A stretch of DNA of 50,004 bases from Deltaproteobacteria bacterium (GTDB taxonomy: Bacteria > CG2-30-53-67): positions 1 to 50,004 of the forward strand of contig JAADIO010000040.1 of the NCBI GenBank assembly GCA_013151235.1, in the 5' to 3' direction. Within the stretch, counting starts at the first letter, position 1. Each line of letters opens with the position of its first letter. The notes under the pieces were generated by a model. It saw only the letters and a program-made list of their open reading frames with translations. It searched no databases and was not told the origin of the DNA. Position numbers and translations under genes: made by a program. Shown piece by piece: positions 27,961-35,964 of this stretch.

Positions 27961-30900
27961 ATGGTCAGCACAAGTTCCATCAGCGGACTCTCTTCCGGAT
28001 TTGACTGGCAAAGCATGGTCGACAAAATCCGCGAGGTTGAAGAACGCCCGATCACATTGCTCCAGAATCATGTCCAGGAGGATCAGAACAAGCTCACGGC
28101 CTGGCAGGATGTCAACACCCGCCTGCTGAGTCTCCAGACCTCGGCCTCTGCGATCAATACGGCCTCCGCCTTCGACCTCTTCAGCGCCGCGACATCCTCT
28201 TCTTCCACCACCAGTGCGGATAAATTATTGACCGCCTCTGTCGGAACCAATGCAGCGGAAGGCTCTTACTCCATTCAGCTCACACAACTCGCACAGGCAC
28301 AGAAGCTCTCCTCCGGAAGTTTCGCCGACAAAACCTCGGCCCTCGGCTACACCGGCGACATTCTTATCAACGATCGAGTCGTCGCCATTGAGGCCTCCGA
28401 TAACCTGCAGACCATTGCTGACAAGATCAATGCCGTTAATTCGGGAAGCAACGCATCAAGCGTTACCGCCACGATCCTGCAGAACGGGACAAGTGACTAC
28501 CGCCTGATTCTCACCAGCGACACTGAAGGATCGGACGGCATCGGACTTTTAGAGGCCAACACCTCGAATATTCTCCAGAACCTGGGACTGATATCATCAT
28601 CGGTCAGCCTTAAGAACGCCACCAGCGACGGTGCAAAATCGGATGCCTTCACCAACAGCAGCACCGCCGTCGGCACCCTTCTAAGCCTTACGTCGGCCCA
28701 GACGAGTACCACCGTGACAATTGCCGGCCAGAACGTCGCCATCGACCTCTCCACGGAATCGCTGACGACCATCGCCTCGCATATCAACGCCTTGACCGGC
28801 GTTACGGCTTCCGTAGTCAGCACCACCACAGACAACGTCACCACTTACCAACTCGACATCAGCGGAACCACCTCCTTCACAGACAACAACAATGTCCTCC
28901 AGACTCTTGGAATCCTTGAAGGAACCCAGACCTCTACCACAGAGGTTCATACCGGTTCCGTGGCCAATACCGACGGCGATGCCTCTACCCTGATGACCGC
29001 ATCCACCCTGATGACCAACATCTGGACCGGCGGCACAAGCGCAGGCGTACAGGCAGGTGACACCATCACGATCAACGGAACCCAGGGAAACGGCACGGTG
29101 ATCGGCCCGATCACCTATACCGTACAGAATGGAGATACCGTACAGGATCTTCTCGATCGGATCAACAATACCACAAACGGTTTTGGTTCCGGCACCCGAA
29201 CCGCCACGACAAGTGTGTCCAACGGGAAGATCATCATCACGGACGGAACTGCCGGAGACAGTCAGCTTTCTCTCACCCTCATCGCCAACAACGAAGGGGG
29301 AGGCACCCTCGATTTCGGCACCATCTCCGCAACCACGGAAGGACGGGACATGGAACTCGTCGCAGGGCAGGACGCCAAGCTGACGGTGGACGGGATTTCC
29401 ATCACAAACTCCACCAATACAGTAAGCGACGTCATCCAGGGAGTAACACTCAACCTGCTCAGTGTCGAATCGGGAACCACGATCAATCTCTCCGTGGCCC
29501 GGGACCTGTCAACGATCCAGTCAAACATTGAGACTTTCGTCTCCGATTACAACGATATCAGCTCCTTCATCGGCGACCAGTTCAAATACGACAAGGACAA
29601 AGAAAAGACGGGAGGCGTCCTCTTCGGCGATCAGACCCTTGCATCGATTCAGTCGGACCTGCGCACAATCATGGTCAATACCGTCTGGGGGACCGATGCC
29701 GACCTGAACACCCTCGGTCTGGCGGGTATCAACTTCGATAATGAGGGAAAGCTCACCATAGATTCTTCGAAACTTTCCGGATACCTGAAGACAAATTTCG
29801 AAGATATCCGGAACCTCTTCGCCGCCAACGGGGCCTCGACAAACAGCAACATCAAATACATCGGGAACACCAAGGCGACGCAGAAGGGAGACTATACCGT
29901 CAACATCACCCAGGCGGCAACCAAGGGAAGCGTCACGGGAAGCGTCGATCTCTCCGGCGGGATCGGAGCGGACAACACCTTCACCCTGACCGAGGGAGGC
30001 CGGATCGCCACCATCGCCGTTACCGCCGGAGATAATATCGACACGATCGTCAACGCCATCAACTCCGAAGCGGCCGCCGAGTACACCGAAGTACGAAAAA
30101 GCACCGCCACAAACACTGCATCCTCGGCAGCGATTGTGAACAGTACGGCCTGGAGCGCCATCGACGGGGTGACGGCCGCGGACGGCGACGTGATCACCTA
30201 CAGCGGCACCACACGGACCGGGGCCTCCGTCAGCGGTTCCTACACCATCGACCTGGCGAACGGCAACGTGGGAGACCTCCTCTCGGCCATCGAGGACAGC
30301 TACGGGAAAAACATCTATGCCACCCTCGACACGGACGGACGGATCGTGCTTACGGACAAGACGACCGGCGACAGTGAACTCACCTTTTCCATTAACACAT
30401 CCGCCGTCACCGGCCTCTCCTTCGGAACCTTCGACAACTCCGGGTTGAACACGGAGGGGCGCTACGCCCTTGACATCACGGCATCGAAGGATGCCGGCAA
30501 CCACCTTGTACTCACGGACAATAATTACGGGAGCGACAAAAGCTTCACTGTCTCGCAGACCAATGCCTCCTCGACGGGGATCACCGACGGGACCTATGCC
30601 GGTCTGGACGTAGCCGGAACGATCAACGGCGAGGCGGCCACCGGAAGCGGCCAGGTACTAACCGGTGATTCAGGCGACGCCAATGTGGACGGTCTCTCCA
30701 TTCTGTACTCGGGAACCGCTACGGGCAGCGTGGGATCGATGAAGCTGACCCTCGGTGTCGCGGAACAGATGAAGACCCAGCTTTACTACATCACCGACAG
30801 CGAGGACGGCTATCTCAGCTTCAAGACCAATTCGATCAGCGATGAAATTGATAACACCAACGACAACATCGACATCAAGGAAGCCCGAATCGATAAACGG

Positions 30901-31002
30901 ATGGAAATCCTGACTCAGCAATTCGTCCAGATGGAAGTCTTTCTGAATCAGATGTCGAGCATCAGCAGTTGGCTCGACGGACAGATCAACTCAATGAAAT
31001 AA
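27961..31002 (+). CDS. fliD: flagellar filament cap protein FliD, unusually long (1013 aa)
   Basis: ISGLSSGFDW, GSYSI...QLAQAQK, AGQDAKLTVDG, VIQGVTLNL, G.L.GD, C-terminal QFVQME..L..M helix. Confidence 0.93.
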   Translation: MVSTSSISGLSSGFDWQSMVDKIREVEERPITLLQNHVQEDQNKLTAWQDVNTRLLSLQTSASAINTASAFDLFSAATSSSSTTSADKLLTASVGTNAAEGSYSIQLTQLAQAQKLSSGSFADKTSALGYTGDILINDRVVAIEASDNLQTIADKINAVNSGSNASSVTATILQNGTSDYRLILTSDTEGSDGIGLLEANTSNILQNLGLISSSVSLKNATSDGAKSDAFTNSSTAVGTLLSLTSAQTSTTVTIAGQNVAIDLSTESLTTIASHINALTGVTASVVSTTTDNVTTYQLDISGTTSFTDNNNVLQTLGILEGTQTSTTEVHTGSVANTDGDASTLMTASTLMTNIWTGGTSAGVQAGDTITINGTQGNGTVIGPITYTVQNGDTVQDLLDRINNTTNGFGSGTRTATTSVSNGKIIITDGTAGDSQLSLTLIANNEGGGTLDFGTISATTEGRDMELVAGQDAKLTVDGISITNSTNTVSDVIQGVTLNLLSVESGTTINLSVARDLSTIQSNIETFVSDYNDISSFIGDQFKYDKDKEKTGGVLFGDQTLASIQSDLRTIMVNTVWGTDADLNTLGLAGINFDNEGKLTIDSSKLSGYLKTNFEDIRNLFAANGASTNSNIKYIGNTKATQKGDYTVNITQAATKGSVTGSVDLSGGIGADNTFTLTEGGRIATIAVTAGDNIDTIVNAINSEAAAEYTEVRKSTATNTASSAAIVNSTAWSAIDGVTAADGDVITYSGTTRTGASVSGSYTIDLANGNVGDLLSAIEDSYGKNIYATLDTDGRIVLTDKTTGDSELTFSINTSAVTGLSFGTFDNSGLNTEGRYALDITASKDAGNHLVLTDNNYGSDKSFTVSQTNASSTGITDGTYAGLDVAGTINGEAATGSGQVLTGDSGDANVDGLSILYSGTATGSVGSMKLTLGVAEQMKTQLYYITDSEDGYLSFKTNSISDEIDNTNDNIDIKEARIDKRMEILTQQFVQMEVFLNQMSSISSWLDGQINSMK

Positions 31003-31020
31003 CAGGGGAGGCAAAGCACC

Positions 31021-31452
31021 ATGGCCCGGTATCCACAAAACAGCTACCTGGAGACGGAGGTCCTGACGGCGGACCCCGGAAAGCTGATTCTGCTCCTCTT
31101 TGACGGGGCAATCCATTTCCTCAAACAGGGAAAGATCTATCTTTTAGAAGAAAAACACCGGGAAAAGGGCCAGGGGTTGATGCGTGCCCATGCCGTGGTA
31201 AGCGAACTGCTCCACTGCCTGAACAGGGAAAAAGGAGGTGATATAGCGATCCGGCTCCAGGCAATCTACGTCTATATCCTCCAGCGGATCACCGACGCCG
31301 ACCTGAAAAAGGAAACAGGGGCGATTGACGAATGTGTCGACCTCTTGTCGGAATTGCGGGAAGCCTGGTACGCAATTACCCATAAAAGTCCCGAGGACTC
31401 CATTCGGGAACTCACCCCGGAGACAAGAACGGAATTCTCTGCAACCATTTGA
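31021..31452 (+). CDS. fliS: flagellin export chaperone FliS
   Basis: Y....V.TADPGKLILLLFDGAI, L...KGGDIA..L..IY.Y, ELREAW. Confidence 0.93.
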   Translation: MARYPQNSYLETEVLTADPGKLILLLFDGAIHFLKQGKIYLLEEKHREKGQGLMRAHAVVSELLHCLNREKGGDIAIRLQAIYVYILQRITDADLKKETGAIDECVDLLSELREAWYAITHKSPEDSIRELTPETRTEFSATI

Positions 31453-31455
31453 GTT

Positions 31456-31887
31456 ATGAACAAACAAAACGAACAAGATATCCGGAATCAGCTCCGGGAA
31501 AAGATCCTCTGCCTGAACCGGATGGTCCAGTTGGGAAAGGCACAATCTGCGGCCCTGCACGCCGGGTCGGGACCACTCCTGACGAACCTCACGGAGATGG
31601 CAAAGTTGATCCGCGAAGTGAACGGGATCGACCGGATACTGAACCCCCTCAAGAATCAACTCACCACCGGAGAGACGGAAAGGTTCCTCCCCGAAACCCG
31701 GAAGATCAAGATCTTACTCCAGCAAATGATGACTCTGGAAAAGGAAAGTATCCATCAGGCCAAAGACAAAATGGCAGACCTCCGGCGGGAAATGCATCAT
31801 CTGCAAAAGGGTCGCCGGGTGGTTGGAAAATACACTAAAAACGACTCCCTCTCCACCTCACACTTTCTCGATCTGCGGGAGGGCTAA
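31456..31887 (+). CDS. FliT/FlgN-like helical flagellar chaperone
   Basis: Helical 143 aa directly after fliS; C-terminal GR....Y.......FLD pattern. Confidence 0.6.
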   Translation: MNKQNEQDIRNQLREKILCLNRMVQLGKAQSAALHAGSGPLLTNLTEMAKLIREVNGIDRILNPLKNQLTTGETERFLPETRKIKILLQQMMTLEKESIHQAKDKMADLRREMHHLQKGRRVVGKYTKNDSLSTSHFLDLREG

Positions 31888-32001
31888 CGAGCCGGTCATC
31901 TCCCCGCATTCCCCATGGTCAACGCTTTTGACTTTGCGCCTGCCTTCTTTGTGCCCTTCATGACCTTCATGGTGCATGCTTTTGCTTTTGGCTTTTCATA
32001 G

Positions 32002-32580
32002 TCACACGACCTTCTCTCCACTCCACTCCCGTTCACAATCGGCAAGGATTTCTGAATATTCATCGTCCGAAATCTCGGGAACGACAATGATCCCCTCTTG
32101 ATCTCGATGCATCTCCGTAATACCGGGGTATTTTCTGGCAAGAAGTTTTAACTCCACCGCCTGCCGCCGGACTGTGCTGAGAAGGCGGCGATTCTCCGCC
32201 TCCAGGTCGTATTTCTCGACCGCCGACCGGATAGCAAGTTTGATTTCATAGTCGCTCCAGGGCTTCGTAAAGAAGCGGTAAATTTCTCCCCGGTTAACGG
32301 CATTCATTGTCGTATCGAGCCCGGCATGACCGGTCAACATGATCCGGATGATGTCCGAATAGCGATTCCTGACCTCCGCAAGGAAATCCGCTCCCGACAT
32401 CCCCGGCATGTGCTCATCGGAAACCACCACTTGCACCCGTTTCTTCTTCAAGAGTTCCAGAGCTTCTTCTCCGTCTTGCGCGGAAAAAATTCGATAGGGC
32501 TCGTCAAACAAAGAGCGTTTCAGTGAGGCAATCACGTTCTTCTCATCATCGACCAGCAGGATGGAGTTGAGTTGTTCCAT
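32002..32580 (-). CDS. response regulator (REC + coiled coil)
   Basis: ILLVDDE, VSDEHMPGMSG, MLTG, TKPW. AGGAGGG RBS before MEQLN. Confidence 0.88.
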   Translation of the reverse strand: MEQLNSILLVDDEKNVIASLKRSLFDEPYRIFSAQDGEEALELLKKKRVQVVVSDEHMPGMSGADFLAEVRNRYSDIIRIMLTGHAGLDTTMNAVNRGEIYRFFTKPWSDYEIKLAIRSAVEKYDLEAENRRLLSTVRRQAVELKLLARKYPGITEMHRDQEGIIVVPEISDDEYSEILADCEREWSGEKVV

Positions 32581-32641
32581 TTCACCCTCCTTCTTCATAA
32601 TAAAAGAATCGCAGACGGACTTTTTATAAAGCCGTTATTTT

Positions 32642-32800
32642 TAATGGTCTCGCAAAAAGTCATCCCCCGGGTTCCGTGCATGCTTCGACAAGCTTCCGAG
32701 CATGGTGAGCTCGCCGAACCACACGAACGGAATATCAATCACTTACGCCGTTCGCCCTGAGCTCGTCGAAGGGGCGACCGGACTTTTTACGAAGCCATCA
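32642..32800. mobile_element. MITE-like element with 20-bp imperfect terminal inverted repeats, internal REP-like hairpins and an IHF consensus
   Basis: TAATGGTCTCGCAAAAAGTC / GACTTTTTACGAAGCCATCA (16/20). Internal CTTCGACAAGCT...GAGCTCGTCGAAG and CGAACGG...CCGTTCG. TATCAATCACTTA at 32733-45. Confidence 0.65.
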
Positions 32801-34117
32801 TTTTTGGGTTCGTATAAACACCCCGCATTTCGGTGGATCTAACAGATAATATCGCTTGATCAACTCGATCTTTTTCGGGTCGATCATGCTTCGTTTCTTG
32901 AGAATCAGAATATCCGTCCCGCTTCGAAAGTCCCTGGAAAGGACCATCTTTGCCTTCAACCGGGTTGGCGGAAGTTCGATCTCGCCGTAGGCGGACCGGT
33001 CGGGACGCCGGGAATAGAGTTCCCGGACCGATTTTTCAAAGGGAGGAAACAGTTTGGGATCAAACCGGCTGCCCAGTTCCTCCTTCAAAAGGGCCATAGT
33101 CTTTTCAACCCGGTTTTCTTTTCCGACCGACTTCACGGTATGGTCCCAGAAATCGGCCAGAGCAATGATCCTCGCCCCCCGGGGGACCTTCTCCCCTCGA
33201 TATCCGTCGGGAAAGCCTTTCCCGTCATGCCGTTCATGATGATGGCGGATCAACACGCCGGCATTCCGCATTCCTTCAATCGTATCAACGGCGACCTGCC
33301 CCCGCAGCGGATGCAGCCTGTATTCCGTTTGTTCCTTCGGGTCAAGGTCCGAAACCTGTTTTATCAACGCCGCATCGCTCAAGCGGATTTTTCCTATGTC
33401 GTGAAGAAGGGCCGCCAAACGGACCGATTCCGTTTCGTCGGTGGAAAGCTTGATCTCTCTGGCCACGGCCGAGGCAATCTCCGAAACATTCCGGGCATGC
33501 CCCCTTCCCGCCCGGCCCCGCAGCTCGAAAAGATCGGAGAAGGCACGGACGGCATCACGAACGGTCCGGCGCCGCTCGGCCTCCAACCTTTTCAATGCCG
33601 CGTCCTTGTTCTGGAGTTCCACGGTTTGTTCCTGGGCCATAAGCTGGAGCTGCTCGCTCCACTGTTTTAGCTCTGCGTTCTGCGCCGCCACCATGTCACG
33701 GAGCTTTCGATTCTCACTCTCCCTCCGGTACTGCTGTGCCGCCTGCCGGATGGCACTCAGCATGTCATCATCATTCCAGGGTTTCGTCATGTAGCGCCAA
33801 GCACCCCCGAGGTTAATGGCATCCATCGCGGCATACATATCGGCATAGCCGGAGAGGACGATCCGGTATGCATCGGGAGCGATTTTTCGGGACTGATTGA
33901 GGAAGCTGACTCCGGAAAGTCCGGGCATCCTCTGATCGGAAACGATGACGCCGATCTCGGGATTCTCCTTCAGGATCGCAAGCCCTTCCTCCCCCGAGGA
34001 AGCGGTAAAGACCTGCACATCCTCGTCGAGCATCAACCGCCGAAGAGAACCCAGAATCTTGCGCTCATCATCAACAAAAAGGACCTTCACGCACGTTTCC
34101 GTTTTAACGTCAGGCAT
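32798..34117 (-). CDS. REC-HD-GYP-type phosphohydrolase (GFP variant)
   Basis: LFVDDE..SDQRMP; ALLHDIGK, HHHERHDGKGFPDG, ARIIALAD. Confidence 0.85.
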   Translation of the reverse strand: MPDVKTETCVKVLFVDDERKILGSLRRLMLDEDVQVFTASSGEEGLAILKENPEIGVIVSDQRMPGLSGVSFLNQSRKIAPDAYRIVLSGYADMYAAMDAINLGGAWRYMTKPWNDDDMLSAIRQAAQQYRRESENRKLRDMVAAQNAELKQWSEQLQLMAQEQTVELQNKDAALKRLEAERRRTVRDAVRAFSDLFELRGRAGRGHARNVSEIASAVAREIKLSTDETESVRLAALLHDIGKIRLSDAALIKQVSDLDPKEQTEYRLHPLRGQVAVDTIEGMRNAGVLIRHHHERHDGKGFPDGYRGEKVPRGARIIALADFWDHTVKSVGKENRVEKTMALLKEELGSRFDPKLFPPFEKSVRELYSRRPDRSAYGEIELPPTRLKAKMVLSRDFRSGTDILILKKRSMIDPKKIELIKRYYLLDPPKCGVFIRTQK

Positions 34118-35084
34118 GGACCGGCTCCTTTCCCGGACGCTTTGTTTCGACGGAGAGTCCCAGAAATGTATCAAGGATTTCAGGATCGAAAGAGGATCCT
34201 CTGAGGGAGAGCAGAACCTCCCGGGACTTCTCCGGACTGAATCCTTTTTTGTAGGGCCGATGCGTCACAAGGGCATCATAAACATCGGCCACCGACACGA
34301 TCCGAGCTTCAAAAGGGATCTCCGGCCCTTTCCGGCCGGAGGGATATCCACTGCCGTCGTATTTTTCGTGATGACAGAGGATAATATTCACAATCCTCTC
34401 GGAGAGCTGCGCCTGACGGGCCACCTCCGCCCCCCAGGTGGGATGCTGCTTGATCATCTTGAACTGTTTCTCGTTGAGAGGCCCTGCATAATTGAGGATA
34501 CTCTCAGCAACCCCAATCTTCCCGCAATCATGCAGCCAGGAACCGTATTTGATCTCCCGCCGAACCTCTTCCGGCAGATCGAAAGCCCCGGCCAGCATAA
34601 GGGCGTATTGTGCTACACGATCGCAATGGCCCCGCGTATAGGGATCTTTCAACTCCACCGCCTGGGCCAAGGAAAGCAAGGTCGCCTCGTCAGCCTTTTT
34701 CAGGGATCGGACCACCCGGTACCGGTTGAGTCCGTCCTCCACGATCCGGGTCAGTTTTTCATTGTCCCAGGGTTTGACGACGAAACGAAAGACCTCCCCC
34801 CGGTTGATGGCATCCATGGCGGTCTGCAGATCGGCATGGCCGGTCATCAGGATCCGGATCGTGTCGGGGGAGATCTCTTTGACTCCGGCATGGAGAGCAA
34901 TCCCCGTCATCCCCGGCATACGGTTATCCGAGACCAGGACTGCGACCTCTTCTTCCCGGATGATCTTCAGCGCCTCTTCGGCGCTTCCGGCCCCGAGGAA
35001 TTGCACACCTCGATCGGCAAAGAGGCGTTCCAGGGAGTGAAGGACATTTTCCTCGTCATCGACGAAGAGGGCTGTCTCAACCAT
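34110..35084 (-). CDS. REC-HD-GYP c-di-GMP phosphodiesterase
   Basis: KDPYTRGHCDRV, LHDCGK, HHEKYDGSGYP, ADVYDAL..HRPY. Confidence 0.9.
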   Translation of the reverse strand: MVETALFVDDEENVLHSLERLFADRGVQFLGAGSAEEALKIIREEEVAVLVSDNRMPGMTGIALHAGVKEISPDTIRILMTGHADLQTAMDAINRGEVFRFVVKPWDNEKLTRIVEDGLNRYRVVRSLKKADEATLLSLAQAVELKDPYTRGHCDRVAQYALMLAGAFDLPEEVRREIKYGSWLHDCGKIGVAESILNYAGPLNEKQFKMIKQHPTWGAEVARQAQLSERIVNIILCHHEKYDGSGYPSGRKGPEIPFEARIVSVADVYDALVTHRPYKKGFSPEKSREVLLSLRGSSFDPEILDTFLGLSVETKRPGKEPVHA

Positions 35085-35964
35085 TGCCGCTCTCCTCTTC
35101 GACCACCACTACGATCCCCTCCTGGTTTCCCTCATGCTTGACCACCGCCCCCTTGAGCCGCAGCACAACTTCGTGAAGTTGCAACCTGCCGGAGGCACAA
35201 GTCTTCTCCCTGATCTTGTCGATAAAAGCGTTCAAGGGCTCCGAGAAGAAGGCGGTCCGTTCCTTTCCGATAATCTCTCCAACCTTCCCGGGAAAGATTT
35301 TTTCCCCTTGATCGTTGCAATAGACAATCAGTCCCTCCATATCGAGGCCAAGCACCCCCACGGGAAGACTCTGGAGGAGATGCTGGGAGACGGAGAGAAC
35401 CCGGTTTCGAAGGAGCAAATCCTCTGTTCTTTGCTCCACCCTCTGTTCGAGATTCTCATTCATGGAAGCGAGTTCATTGTTACGTTTCTGCAATTCCTCG
35501 GTAAGCCGCCGGTTCTTCTGATAGAGAAAATAACGCTCCAGCGCATTGGAAACGGCGAATCTCAGCTCATCGTCATTCCAGGGCTTGGCCAAAAATTTGT
35601 AGATCTGCCCCTCGTTGACCGCCTCTACCACCGCCACCGTATCGGCATAACCGGAGAGGACAATTCGGACCGTTTCGGGCCATCCCTTGCAAACCTCGCG
35701 AAGGAAATCGACACCGTTCATCTCCGGCATCCGGTAGTCGGAGAGAACGATCTGAATGGGAGAAACCTCCTTTAAGATCTGCAATCCCTCTTTTCCTGAA
35801 GTCGCCTTCAGGATCTCGTACTCTTCGTCGAGGAAGACCCGTTCGATCGAACGGAGGACCCCCTTCTCGTCGTCGACGCAAAGGATCCGGACCGATTCGT
35901 CGGCAATCGTAATCGACGCGTCCGCCTCGGGTGTCCCTGAACGGTTCAGCGCGCCCTCATCCAT
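35077..35964 (-). CDS. response regulator (REC + coiled coil + PAS-like)
   Basis: ILCVDDE, SDYRMP, KPWNDDEL, LPVGVLGLD..G.I...N. Start at MDEGA overlaps the kinase stop. Confidence 0.85.
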   Translation of the reverse strand: MDEGALNRSGTPEADASITIADESVRILCVDDEKGVLRSIERVFLDEEYEILKATSGKEGLQILKEVSPIQIVLSDYRMPEMNGVDFLREVCKGWPETVRIVLSGYADTVAVVEAVNEGQIYKFLAKPWNDDELRFAVSNALERYFLYQKNRRLTEELQKRNNELASMNENLEQRVEQRTEDLLLRNRVLSVSQHLLQSLPVGVLGLDMEGLIVYCNDQGEKIFPGKVGEIIGKERTAFFSEPLNAFIDKIREKTCASGRLQLHEVVLRLKGAVVKHEGNQEGIVVVVEEESGNG

